Assembly: GCA_963799845.1 (NCBI GenBank)
Contig: CAWCYI010000006.1
Coordinates: 1,472,001 to 1,536,000, forward strand
DNA: 64,000 nucleotides
From: an uncultured Nitrososphaerota archaeon
GTDB taxonomy: Archaea; Thermoproteota; Nitrososphaeria; Nitrososphaerales; CADDZS01
Direction of reading: 5' to 3'
In this document: positions 1 through 10,223 of the stretch, piece by piece
Layout: each line of letters opens with the position of its first letter
How positions within the stretch are numbered: position 1 is the first letter of the stretch
Translations under genes and position numbers: made by a program
The notes under the pieces: generated by a model
The model's database searches: none
Told to the model about the DNA's origin: nothing
What the model saw: only the letters and a program-made list of their open reading frames with translations

Positions 1-411
1 GAGTCTGCACTTAGCAAGGTTCAATTTCTTGAAAACGGGATGGCGATAGAATCGCAGACCTTCATGGATGCTGTGTCCGCGGGATTGAGGATAGTTGAAG
101 TCCCAATATCGACCACATATGAAGGCATTACTCCAAAAAGAAGTCGCCTTAATCACCTTTCTCAAATCGTAGATTACTTGCTGACCAGAACGATCGCAGA
201 TAGTCCCTTGCTTTACCTAGGAGTACCCGGAATAATAGGTGTCGTAATCGGAGTTCTAGCCGGTTTAAGAGTCCTTGAAATTTTTGTGAACAATCATCAA
301 CAAATTGCTGCCGGTACTGCATTATTGTCTGTTACATTCATAATAATTGGAGCGGTACTGATTGCAACTTCTCTGATAATTAAGCTACTCAAAATTCAGG
401 CACCGCGTTAA
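1..411 (+). CDS. Family 2 glycosyltransferase, C-terminal part with two TM helices (5' truncated by window edge)
   Basis: Frame is open from base 1. The ESQTFMDAVSAGLRIVEVPISTTY segment is typical of the GT2/DPM-synthase C-terminus and is followed by hydrophobic helices. Confidence 0.8.
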   Translation, partial: ESALSKVQFLENGMAIESQTFMDAVSAGLRIVEVPISTTYEGITPKRSRLNHLSQIVDYLLTRTIADSPLLYLGVPGIIGVVIGVLAGLRVLEIFVNNHQQIAAGTALLSVTFIIIGAVLIATSLIIKLLKIQAPR

Positions 412-1548
412 TTGAATATCTGTTTTGTTAATAGCTACTATCCTCCTTGGGTAGGAGGAGCAGAGACGTACGTAAGAAACTTAGCAACTGCTCTGTCCGT
501 CAGGGGGCATCAAGTTACAGTTTATTGCTCTGATAGACCGCTCAATTCCGGCGTAAGCTTTGACAACAGAATCAAGGTGATTAGAATGTACACCCCACTG
601 GTGTTGTACGGAACGCCGATTGTGCTTTTTCCTCCATCAATAGTAGCCGAAGATTACGATGTAATCCATGCAAATTTTCCCAGCCCGTATCTTGCAGGCA
701 TTTCTAGTTTCATAAGTGAAATTACTAGTATCCCTTCTGTCCTGACCTGGCACAACGACTTACCACCTGTCACTTCAGGTGCCAGAATTCTTGTAAGCCT
801 GCATAATTCGCTTGCACCTTCTTATTTGCGCCATTTTGACCGTATCATTGCAACAACGAGAGTGTATGCGACAAAATCGGAAATCCTCAGAAGATTTTCA
901 TCAAAGGTGAGAGTGGTGGATAATGGTGTGGACACCAAGAGATTCAACCCCGAAGTGAGCGGTGAAACTATTAGAGCTAGATACAACTTGGGCAAAAATA
1001 AGATCGCCCTCTTCGTCGGCGCGTTGACAACATTTCACGCCTACAAAGGAGTGGACGTTCTAATCCGGGCTTTCTCCTTAGTCTCAAAGCAGTGCGAAGG
1101 TACGAGACTTCTTGTCGTAGGCGGAGGAAACCTTCTCAATAGTTACAAACAACTCGCGCTTGAATTAGAGATATCGGATCTAGTAATTTTTGCGGGATAC
1201 GTCGACGATAATGAATTGCCCGAATATTATGCCGCGTCCGATTTCGCGGTTCTCCCAAGTAAGGATTCGTCCGAGGGCTTCGGCTTAGTTTTGATCGAAG
1301 CCATGGCTTGCGGGAAAGCCGTCATAGGTTCGAAAACTGGGGGCATTGTCGATGTAATCACTAACGGAAAAAATGGACTGCTCGTCCAACCGGGGGATGC
1401 CGAGGATCTAAGAGCCGCGATGATTTCTCTATTTACGAATGATAGGGAGCGATTCGCCATAGGCCTGGCCGGAAGAGATTTTGCGATGCTCCATGATTGG
1501 AGCAATGTTGCCGAAAAAGTAGAAACCATTTATAACGAGATACGGTGA
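412..1548 (+). CDS. GT4 (GT-B) glycosyltransferase
   Basis: YPPWVGGAE, NGVD, YKGVDVLIRAF and EGFGLVLIEAMACG (ExFGx4EA) motifs. Confidence 0.93.
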   Translation: MNICFVNSYYPPWVGGAETYVRNLATALSVRGHQVTVYCSDRPLNSGVSFDNRIKVIRMYTPLVLYGTPIVLFPPSIVAEDYDVIHANFPSPYLAGISSFISEITSIPSVLTWHNDLPPVTSGARILVSLHNSLAPSYLRHFDRIIATTRVYATKSEILRRFSSKVRVVDNGVDTKRFNPEVSGETIRARYNLGKNKIALFVGALTTFHAYKGVDVLIRAFSLVSKQCEGTRLLVVGGGNLLNSYKQLALELEISDLVIFAGYVDDNELPEYYAASDFAVLPSKDSSEGFGLVLIEAMACGKAVIGSKTGGIVDVITNGKNGLLVQPGDAEDLRAAMISLFTNDRERFAIGLAGRDFAMLHDWSNVAEKVETIYNEIR

Positions 1549-1551
1549 ATT

Positions 1552-2927
1552 TTGATAAAAATACCACGGATGAGACTTAGGACAGTCATTATCATTGGCG
1601 TTGTTTCAAGACTAATTCTCGCCCCATTTTTCGCACATCCGTTCGACATGAACGCATGGTACATCAACGGCGAAGCTTTGTTCAATGGCAAGCAGTCCTT
1701 GATCTACTTTCTAACACCTTATCGGTACTCATTCTTTCTTTTTGTATTCCCTGAAACTTGGCTCTTCAATCAATTGGCAAGCTTTTTCCGAACTACACCA
1801 TTCCAATTTCATCATTGGATCCGAGGCTCAATCCAGGTATTCAATGGGGAATATCGGTAATACCAGGAATTCTCTACGACTTCTTGTTGAAGATTCCACT
1901 TATTGTTTCAGATACAGGAGTCACTTTACTTATTTTTCGAATAGTGAACAATAATTTGCGAGACAAGAATTCGGCTACTCTCGCTGCGGCGCTGTGGTTC
2001 TTGAACCCTCTAGTGATTTGGGTATCCTCGGGATGGGGGATGTTCGATACGTTCCCGGCTCTTTTTACCGTACTTGCCTTGTATTTTGTGTTACAAAGAA
2101 AGTTTACCATAACAGGACTGTTCATCGTTGCAGCGACTTTGACGAAGTTTTACGCGATCGTGTTGTTAGTTCCTCTAATTCTAATTGTTTGGAGAAAAGG
2201 AGGTTTACGAAGTGCGTGGTGGTTTTTGGGTACAACTTCATTGTTTGCGTTGCTGGCAGCAATACCGCTGTTTTTCATTTCAAATCCCCTCTCTTATGTA
2301 ACCGCAACAACACCTTCTTTGGCATTCCAATATGCCGGCCTTTCGCTCTGGACTGCAGTTTCACTGATTTTTTCCGGGCCCTATCTGAACTTGATTTCGT
2401 ATGCTCTAGTAATAGCAGGCTTGTCTTTCGTTTATTTTTTCATGTTTAGAACAAAGTCTAGTTATGGCGAGCTGACAACAATAGTGTCATATTTTCTCAT
2501 CCCGATTATTATTCTGCTCCTTTTTTTCAAATTTGTCGGAGAAAACTACATAGTGTGGCTCGTTCCGTTCTCAGCAATTTTGGCCGTCAGTAATACTAGG
2601 ATTCTGAAGACACATTGGTCAATAAGTTTGGTAGCCCTGTTATCTAGTGTTACGGACTCTCTTCTTCCTTACTACATGCTGCCACTTTCACCCTGGATTG
2701 GTGGATTCCTAGCAAGTATGCTGGGGCTTGTGAGTTCAGAGCGAATCGCGCCGAATGGAACGGTTGTTCAAGGAATCACATTCGGAAAGTTGTTTCTATC
2801 TGCGTTAGGATTGATTTCTTTCGTTATCCTTGTTTTGATGCTGCTAGAATCCCTCCGGATAGTTAAGAAAAATGAAGCTAAAGAACTAGAAAATTTGAGA
2901 GTCGCAGCGAGATCCGCGGTCAGTTGA
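1552..2927 (+). CDS. GT-C polytopic membrane glycosyltransferase (GT87/PIG-M-like); one gene split by a frameshift near 1785
   Basis: N-terminal HPFDM motif in 1552..1860; KIPLIVSD, WFLNPLVIWVSS-WGMFD and many TM helices in 1758..2927. The frames join at gcTTTTTCCgaac. Confidence 0.8.
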
Positions 2928-2987
2928 TCCATTCACCTTTTTCCACATGTTTTATTAGAAAATCACGACGAGATTTATTAGATTCAA

Positions 2988-3200
2988 GTGTCAGCTCCAG
3001 TGGAAAAGAAAGTTCCAGTAAACATGGATGAAGATCTCTATGTCCTACTAAAAAAAGCAATCATCGGAAGGGGTTTTGCGACGGTTGACGACTTCGTAAA
3101 TTACGTAATGCGCATAGCTGTTGGCAAAGAACATGTTGAACTTGATGAAGAAGATACGACGATAATAACTGCTCGATTAAAGGCCTTGGGGTATCTCTAG
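2988..3200 (+). CDS. CopG/ribbon-helix-helix small protein with C-terminal ARLKALGYL tail
   Basis: VPVNMDEDLY...GFATVDDFVNYVMR fits the RHH pattern; paralog of 51287..51523. Confidence 0.8.
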   Translation: MSAPVEKKVPVNMDEDLYVLLKKAIIGRGFATVDDFVNYVMRIAVGKEHVELDEEDTTIITARLKALGYL

Positions 3201-4655
3201 ATTCCAGAGATTCGAGGAAAAGGTTCCGTCGCCTTCGATCGATTTTCCGTCCAAGTACCCGGGCAAGGGTAGATTAAAGTAAGCAAGGACGGTTGGAACA
3301 ATGTCGTGCACTCTAGCACCGACCTGGATATCTGAGGCGGTCTTCGAGTATGAAATCAGAACTCCATTCCTTCGGTGAATTCCCTTCTTAGTGAATAGAG
3401 GCTTACCGATCAAATGCTTGTTGTTCCATCGAGTAGTATCAATCGAGAGACCGTCCGCGGCTTCGACAAGAAGTTTACCCGGAGCACTAGGCGTGTATTT
3501 TCCGTAGTAAATTTCAGCGGTCTTGAATACATTTTTCAAAAGGCCTTTTGCCCTGAGCTCTTGCAATTGCGAAACCAAAGACTCTTGACTTATTTCTGGC
3601 TCGTGCTTTTCTGAAATTCGAATCCAAGCAACAGGCTCATTAATGTTAAGAGCAGTGACCTTCGAAGTGCGTAATTGAGAAGCCTCGTCAATTACCATGC
3701 TCTTACGCAGGCTTTCCTTGCTTTTGTCCAACAACCAAGGAAAATGAAGAAGCACGAACTTGTACACTTTACTAGCGGAACTTGTCGAATCGCTTAGAGA
3801 ATCCCAATTCACTCCTAGGGACATGAGAATACGCGACACTAATGTCTCCGACGAATTTACGTAGCCCTTCGATCTCAACCATTCATTCATAAACAGCAAT
3901 TTCTCAACTCCTCGAAATCCATGATCAGATACAATAAGCAGCCTATCTTCTTTTTCCATTCTAGTTAGCATCGCTCCTAACAGTTGATCGAGCTGCTCGA
4001 ACATTTGATCAACAATTTCGAAATTTCCGTAACTTATATGAAGCAGATCATCTGGCAAACTGTCCACGATTATAACTGCATCCCAATTTTCAGAGTCCAT
4101 CATCTTTGTTGTTGTCGCGATTCTTCTCTTAAGATCGCTAATCATTCGAATTGAAATGGGTTCATAACCTTCGGACACTATCCTCTCGATATTTTGTTCA
4201 GTCGGCAAGTCCTCATACTCGAATCCCGAAAGATCATAGTTCGTTATGATGGTTTCGGGATAACATGAGATTTTCGGTACAAATCTTCCTGTCACGAAAA
4301 CTCCATTTACTTTCGGGGCTGGATATAGGAATGGAACTCCTAGAACTAGAACTCTCTTATTCGCCCAACTGAGATAATCCCACAAAAATGGAATGTCTGA
4401 AGATCCCATATTGGACGGAATGATTTTGTCATTTACAATCTCAAACATTTCAAAAATTCCATGCTTTCCAGGATTCACGCCGGAAAATAGGGTTGTCCAC
4501 GCGGGAGCAGTGACGTAGGGGTAGACTGACAGTAGATCGGAAGATTTTCCTTCGTTAAGCATTTTTTCAAAGTTCGGTAAACTTCTTCTCTTCATCGATT
4601 CGTCCAATACATTCAATGATGCCCCATCGAGACCCAACAAAAATAGAGTCATCAA
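3177..4655 (-). CDS. Alkaline-phosphatase superfamily, nucleotide pyrophosphatase/phosphodiesterase-type (COG3379-like) enzyme
   Basis: LGLDG, PYVTAPAWTTLFSGVNPGKHG (Thr nucleophile), VSDHGF, GIH and DIVPTVL motifs. Confidence 0.9.
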   Translation of the reverse strand: MMTLFLLGLDGASLNVLDESMKRRSLPNFEKMLNEGKSSDLLSVYPYVTAPAWTTLFSGVNPGKHGIFEMFEIVNDKIIPSNMGSSDIPFLWDYLSWANKRVLVLGVPFLYPAPKVNGVFVTGRFVPKISCYPETIITNYDLSGFEYEDLPTEQNIERIVSEGYEPISIRMISDLKRRIATTTKMMDSENWDAVIIVDSLPDDLLHISYGNFEIVDQMFEQLDQLLGAMLTRMEKEDRLLIVSDHGFRGVEKLLFMNEWLRSKGYVNSSETLVSRILMSLGVNWDSLSDSTSSASKVYKFVLLHFPWLLDKSKESLRKSMVIDEASQLRTSKVTALNINEPVAWIRISEKHEPEISQESLVSQLQELRAKGLLKNVFKTAEIYYGKYTPSAPGKLLVEAADGLSIDTTRWNNKHLIGKPLFTKKGIHRRNGVLISYSKTASDIQVGARVHDIVPTVLAYFNLPLPGYLDGKSIEGDGTFSSNLWNLEIPQGL

Positions 4656-4679
4656 AGTTCAACCATGTGAATTCAGATA

Positions 4680-5672
4680 CTAGAAAGTTACCTCTTTACC
4701 TTCACGCGATGACTCGTACAGCGCTTCAACCATCTGCAATACTCTTAGTCCGTCTCCCCCACTTGGTACTGGCTGCTCTCCCCTACGTATATGGTCCATA
4801 AAATCCCGAATCTCAAGCTCATGGGATCTTGGGGGCAGATCTGAATAGTCGTACAACGTAGTGTAATCCTCTCCTCTTTTGCCAAGCAATGTTTTGTTTG
4901 CTCTTCTCGAATCCGTAATGACAAAACCGTCAGTCCCGTATACCTCGTAATACATGTATCCGTACCATTCAATCCACGAAGACTGAATCAACGCTGTCTT
5001 GCCATTATTGTTTCGGTAAAGTGAAAATCCATTATCTTCTAGAGGCGCGACTGGCCAATATGATGTACTTGTCATCCCCATGCACTGATTCATGTCCCCT
5101 AGACTTATTCTGCAAATATCTAAGAGGTGACATCCATTATCCAAGAAGGTGCCGCCGCCCGCGGATTCAGAGTCCCAGAACCACCTTCCTTTTAGAAGAT
5201 CTCCATTATGCCCGATGGAACCTCTGAAGAATATCGGGTCGCCTATTTTTTTTGAACTAATTAATTCCAAAGATTTCATTACGTTAGGAAAATATCTATG
5301 GTTGGATCCGGTTTTCAGGAAACCTGAACTAGATTTTGCAGCTTCTACCATTAAGGAGGCTTCCTTGACGCTCCTTGCCAATGGTTTTTCGCACAAAACG
5401 TGTTTGTTATTTTTCAAAGCAGAGACAACGGCGAGAGGATGCATAATATTAGGTGTGCAAACTATAACACAATCTACCCTAGGATCAGAGACTGCATTCT
5501 CAATCTCAGTAGTAAACTTCGCATTGGCATTTTTAGCCGCCTCTAACCCCTTTTCCTTGTCCAAATCAACAATCCATTCAATAGTTGCATCTTCTATTTT
5601 CTTCAGAGAGTCGATTCGCTTAGAACCAAACCAGCCAACTCCAATAATGGCAAAGTGAAATTCGTCTTTCAA
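4680..5672 (-). CDS. Gfo/Idh/MocA family NAD-dependent oxidoreductase (NDP-sugar dehydrogenase-like)
   Basis: IIGVGWFG, HVLCEKPLA and GGGTFLDNGCH motifs. Confidence 0.92.
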   Translation of the reverse strand: MKDEFHFAIIGVGWFGSKRIDSLKKIEDATIEWIVDLDKEKGLEAAKNANAKFTTEIENAVSDPRVDCVIVCTPNIMHPLAVVSALKNNKHVLCEKPLARSVKEASLMVEAAKSSSGFLKTGSNHRYFPNVMKSLELISSKKIGDPIFFRGSIGHNGDLLKGRWFWDSESAGGGTFLDNGCHLLDICRISLGDMNQCMGMTSTSYWPVAPLEDNGFSLYRNNNGKTALIQSSWIEWYGYMYYEVYGTDGFVITDSRRANKTLLGKRGEDYTTLYDYSDLPPRSHELEIRDFMDHIRRGEQPVPSGGDGLRVLQMVEALYESSREGKEVTF

Positions 5673-5940
5673 CTCCAGTGCGCGGATTACGTTTCAAGTT
5701 TGATATATATTAATCCTAATTAGTTAAGAGCTAAATCTAAGACTGATTTAGATTATTTCTGTTGTTTCACTGTGACTGGAGAGTCTGTTCAAGTCCGCGT
5801 TTTTGTCAATCAGACCGGTGAACGAGAATGGGGAACACCCTTCTAATTTCCAACCTTTGCAAAAATGATGCCGTCCACCGCAGCATTTGAAGTCTGAACG
5901 TTTGGACGCGGTCATTCATCTCTTGTGTGTTTAGTTATGG

Positions 5941-7065
5941 TTATTTTCCTGCCGATGCTTGTCTCAACACATCGAGCGTTACACTTGCAGTATTCTCCCA
6001 ATTGAATTTCTTGCTGAATTCCTCTGCGTTTGCCGAGAACTCTCTCCATTTGACCTTGTCCGCCAGTATCGAAGTTGTTTTCTCAGAAATCAAATTAGGA
6101 TCATTCGAATCGAGCAAGTATCCATTTACCCCGTTGCTAACTACATCAATTTGCGATCGGGTTACCAAGACTGGCACTCCGGCTGTTTGACTCTCTATTG
6201 CTGCTATCGTCCAACCTCCTTCATCCAATGATGTACAAACATACAATGATGATGATCTTAGAATGCTAGCCTTCTCTTGTTCGGAGACGAAACCGCAAAA
6301 TTCGACATTTTCTTGAATTCCCAATGACCGGGATATGTTTCGAAGTGTGACTTCATAATCACCTTTACCGACTACCCGAAGTTTGACCCCTGGTATCTTC
6401 TTACGAATCAACGGAATAGCTTTCAATATGTCTTGGACGCCTTTGTATTTTTTCAATCTGCCGAGGTACGCAAGATTCGAGTTAGGCCTTTCGATTTTCG
6501 GCGCGTTTCTTAGCGATTCGAACCAACTATCTGACACACCCGGGTAAGCAACGTGAATTTTGTCTTTGTTAAAACCATATTTCATAATTAATTGCTTAGA
6601 GGACTGTGAAATTGTAGTTACTTCGCAACCATTGTAAATTCTTGGGATAAGTGCGGAAGCCGCATAGGCGACCAAGAATACAGGGGTCATATACCATTTT
6701 ATTTCTTGGGACAAAACAGACTTATTCTCAAGCGAATAAATTTGGGCGACGATTGGAAGTCTTGAGTAGCAGGGTGAAAAGAATGGAATCGTATTTATGC
6801 TTTCAAATATTGCGTCATATCGCTTCCCTTTTTTCGAAAGTAAATATTTTACCACACTAGGGTATATCGTGTATTTGTTGCCTATCCTCTGAACAAAGAC
6901 TCCGTCGATCTTTTCAATTTTCGGAGCATTCTTGAATGAAGAGCACAATAGGGTCACCTCATTGCCTAACTTGGTCCAGTGTGACGCAATTTCTTGGAGG
7001 TGTAACTCAGCACCCCCTGCCTCCGGATTGCGCACATCCCGCCAGTTTAACATCAAAATTTTCAA
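5941..7065 (-). CDS. GT4 glycosyltransferase
   Basis: MKILMLNWRDVRNPEAGGAE, YLGRLKKYKG and EGGWTIAAIES motifs. Confidence 0.92.
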   Translation of the reverse strand: MKILMLNWRDVRNPEAGGAELHLQEIASHWTKLGNEVTLLCSSFKNAPKIEKIDGVFVQRIGNKYTIYPSVVKYLLSKKGKRYDAIFESINTIPFFSPCYSRLPIVAQIYSLENKSVLSQEIKWYMTPVFLVAYAASALIPRIYNGCEVTTISQSSKQLIMKYGFNKDKIHVAYPGVSDSWFESLRNAPKIERPNSNLAYLGRLKKYKGVQDILKAIPLIRKKIPGVKLRVVGKGDYEVTLRNISRSLGIQENVEFCGFVSEQEKASILRSSSLYVCTSLDEGGWTIAAIESQTAGVPVLVTRSQIDVVSNGVNGYLLDSNDPNLISEKTTSILADKVKWREFSANAEEFSKKFNWENTASVTLDVLRQASAGK

Positions 7066-7300
7066 TTCAATATCTCAACCTCGGATTCGAGAACTCTATC
7101 TGCTGATCCAACCTAACAACGTGACCACTTACAATGGTTTGAAGTACCATTCTTATTTCTTCTTGTCGAGATACTCAACATTCGTGATCTTGCATGGGCT
7201 GTCCTAATTTTCTTTTGAACTCGATTTTCAGAATTTCTAATTCAGTGATCTCGTAAAATGGCAAAAGATTATTAGAGAATCTCAACAAGAGGTTACCTGT

Positions 7301-8425
7301 TTGACTGCCGTTCAAAACAAAGTGCCGATTGCTGTGCCCGCAATCAATGGGTCTGATGTCGAAGCTGTAAAATCGGTAGTCTCCTCCGGTTGGATCTCTG
7401 GAAGAGGTAAAGACATTGTTGATTTTGAGAATGAGTTCGGAGCGTGGTTAGGCATCAGGAACGCTGTTACCTGTTCTTCGGGCACAAGCGCTCTTCATTT
7501 GGCACTTGAAGCTATCAACGTGAGGTCGGGAGATGAAGTAATAATCCCGTCTTTTAGTATGGGGGCCATTTCGTTTGCTGTCTCATACACACGTGCCAGA
7601 ATTGTTCTAGTCGATTCCGAATTAAATACATGGAATATTGATTCTTCCCAGATAGAGAAAAAAATTACCCCGAAAACCAAAGCCATCATCGTTATGCATA
7701 CCTACGGCCATCCCGCTGATCTCGACCCGATAATCAAGTTGTGCAAGGGTCGCAACATTACCCTAATCGAAGATGCAGCGGAGGCACATGGTGCGGAGTA
7801 TCACGGAAAAAAGGTTGGCTCGATTGGAGACATTGGCTGTTTCAGTTTTTTCTCTAACAAAATTATTACAACCGGAGAGGGAGGAGCGGTCGTAACAAAT
7901 GACGATGAGATCTCAAATAATGTCAAAATTCTACGCGACATGGCCTTCTCTAGAAATCCGTCAAAAAAGTTTCTTCACGAGCGCATCGGATTCAATTATA
8001 GGATGACTAATATGCAAGCTGCATTGGGAAGATCTCAATTAAGACGAATCGACGAATTCATACTAACAAGGACAAATAATGCTAAGTTGTATAATATTTT
8101 GTTATCAAAAGTTCCAGGAATATTAACACCTCCTGAAACGACTTGGGCCAAGAGTGTTTTTTGGATGTACTCAATCTTAGTAACTCCGGAGTATGGATTC
8201 AGCAGAGATGAGCTAATGGTAAAGCTTTCCAATAATGGAATCGAAACTAGGCCATTCTTTGTTCCAGTCAATCAACAGCCCGTATTTGCGAATGAATTTC
8301 GCCATGAAAGTTACCCGAATGCTGAGATGCTATCTGAACAAGGTCTCAATTTGCCCTCTGGAAACACCTTGACAGCAGAACAGGTGCAGTATGTCGCTGA
8401 TGTGATTAGTTTAATTCAAAAATAG
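7301..8425 (+). CDS. DegT/DnrJ/EryC1/StrS PLP aminotransferase (perosamine synthase-like)
   Basis: SSGTSALHLAL, IEDAAEAHG, FSFFSNKIITTGEGG (PLP Lys) and GFNYRMTNMQAALG motifs. Confidence 0.95.
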   Translation: MTAVQNKVPIAVPAINGSDVEAVKSVVSSGWISGRGKDIVDFENEFGAWLGIRNAVTCSSGTSALHLALEAINVRSGDEVIIPSFSMGAISFAVSYTRARIVLVDSELNTWNIDSSQIEKKITPKTKAIIVMHTYGHPADLDPIIKLCKGRNITLIEDAAEAHGAEYHGKKVGSIGDIGCFSFFSNKIITTGEGGAVVTNDDEISNNVKILRDMAFSRNPSKKFLHERIGFNYRMTNMQAALGRSQLRRIDEFILTRTNNAKLYNILLSKVPGILTPPETTWAKSVFWMYSILVTPEYGFSRDELMVKLSNNGIETRPFFVPVNQQPVFANEFRHESYPNAEMLSEQGLNLPSGNTLTAEQVQYVADVISLIQK

Positions 8426-8483
8426 ATTCTTGCTCAGTGGAAATCATCCTGACTTTAGGCGTGATCAAGAGGTTATCTACTTA

Positions 8484-9216
8484 GAGATCATCCGGAAATT
8501 GCTTAGTGTTAGCTAACAACATGGTCTAATCTCATGGCCCTTGCATCGTAATGGCCACCCTCGATAGATGAGATTTCCGATGACGAAACATCATTGAAGC
8601 AGATAACGCTAGAAGAGCAGCAACAACAAGAAGAGGATCTGGGCATCGACAAGCGCTATCAGATCCCAGACGAGCTATGGAAGAGAATTCAGGTGCTGAT
8701 TCCTCCACCCCCACCAAGGAAGAACAAGGACAGACCAGGGCGTCCGAGGATGGATAACTGGAAGGCTATGAACGCGATATACTACATTGCCAGGACTGGA
8801 TGTCAGTGGAAAGCCCTTCCAAGATCACTCGGAGCTCCAAGCACCGTGCACGACAGGTTTCAGGAGTGGAGAGAAGCCTACGTATTCGAAAACATGTGGA
8901 AGGAAGGCTTGCTCGAATACGATTGCAATGAAGGGGATCGAGTGGGAGTGGCAGGCTATTGACGGCGCTCTCACAAAGGCTCCTCTCGGGGGGAAAAAGC
9001 ACGGGACCAAATCCGACCGACCGATCGAAATCTGGCACAAAAAGAGAACTACTTGTTGACGGGAACGGAATACCACTCGCCGTGGCGGTTGCGGGTGCAA
9101 ACAGACACGACGTCTCTTGATTCGATGGGAAAAGAAAGAGGAAAACTACTTGGCGATGCTACATATTGCCTGCGCATTCATAACGTATGGTCAGACTGAA
9201 ATTTCCGGATGATCTC
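8484..9216 (+). mobile_element. Internally deleted IS5-family element (IS1031-like ends), non-autonomous
   Basis: Perfect inverted repeats (A)GAGATCATCCGGAAATT at 8483-8500 and 9200-9217, with TTA on both flanks (8481-8483, 9217-9219); transposase fragments inside. Confidence 0.9.
8594..9212 (+). pseudogene. IS5 transposase, frameshifted and missing the middle of the DDE domain
   Basis: GRPRMD...RTGCQWKALP...STVHDRFQEW; then WQAIDG; then GIPLAVAVAGANRHD joined directly to the C-terminal LIRWEKKEENYLAMLHIACAFIT. Confidence 0.88.
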
Positions 9217-9333
9217 TTAATTAAGAATAAAACCGGACTCAGCTCGCATTTCTTCATTCCGAGACGGTAAATCATAGCAGTCTGCCACTCATCATAGGAT
9301 ATTCTAGTCGAGTTTGATTCTGATTACATAAAT

Positions 9334-9972
9334 ATGAATTCGGTATTACGTGTCAGGAGTTTGAAAGAATCGTTCTGGAAGCCTCATTGGGAGAAAATGG
9401 CGCTTTTAGATTCTAATGGACGAGAACACCAAGTTTTCGACTCTGAAATTACGAAAGACATTGACGAGAAGCTCAATCTGAGTTCGAACGAGACCATCTT
9501 GAACATTGGATGTGGAACTGGAATTTTGGAATCTGCCTTTCCGAGCTACCAAATATTCTCGATTGATTTCGCGAGAAACATGTTGCGAAAAAATGTCATA
9601 AAAAACGGAATTGTTGCTGACGCCTCTTACTTACCGTTTAAACCAAATTCTTTCGACAAAATATGTGCTTACTCTGTGCTGCAATATGTCGGGAGTTCTA
9701 AAGCGTCCAAGATGATCGAAGAAATTTCAGTTTGCCAGAAGGCTAGAGGACTATGCTTGCTGGGTGATGTAGAACTGCGATCCAATTCGCCTTTGAAATT
9801 ACTTCGATATGTTATTGCCTATTTGTTAGTCAAAAATCGTTTTTACTATTATTCCATCGCTCGTATTCGTGGCCAGTGCAATCAAAGAGGACTAAATGTG
9901 AAGGTTTTGAAGCAAGCTGCATACCTGCCTTTTTCTGATCGGAGAGTCGATCTTCTGCTTTCGGTCGACTAA
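9334..9972 (+). CDS. Class I SAM-dependent methyltransferase
   Basis: ILNIGCGTG, IDFARNM and ADASYLPFKPNSFD motifs. Confidence 0.88.
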   Translation: MNSVLRVRSLKESFWKPHWEKMALLDSNGREHQVFDSEITKDIDEKLNLSSNETILNIGCGTGILESAFPSYQIFSIDFARNMLRKNVIKNGIVADASYLPFKPNSFDKICAYSVLQYVGSSKASKMIEEISVCQKARGLCLLGDVELRSNSPLKLLRYVIAYLLVKNRFYYYSIARIRGQCNQRGLNVKVLKQAAYLPFSDRRVDLLLSVD

Positions 9973-10223
9973 TAATAGGATGTGTTCGGTGAAATTCTTA
10001 GAATGCTTTTGAGTTACGAAGATCTTGGCTTGATTTAGACATATGGAGAAATGTGAGCGTTCCGATGTTTTCTTCAAAAGATATAGTTATGAATCTATCT
10101 TCTAGACTTCCAAAGACAGAAAGGTTCCGGTACGAACAAGTATTGTCGTACTCTGTCATCGCTTTCCAGGAATTGAACTCTAATTTTGGCATGTAATCAA
10201 AACTAGAATGTGGTTAACGCCAA

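Noticed and set aside
3177-3200. 24-nt convergent overlap of the RHH and AlkP genes as antisense regulation
   Set aside because: Short tail-to-tail overlaps are common in compact archaeal genomes
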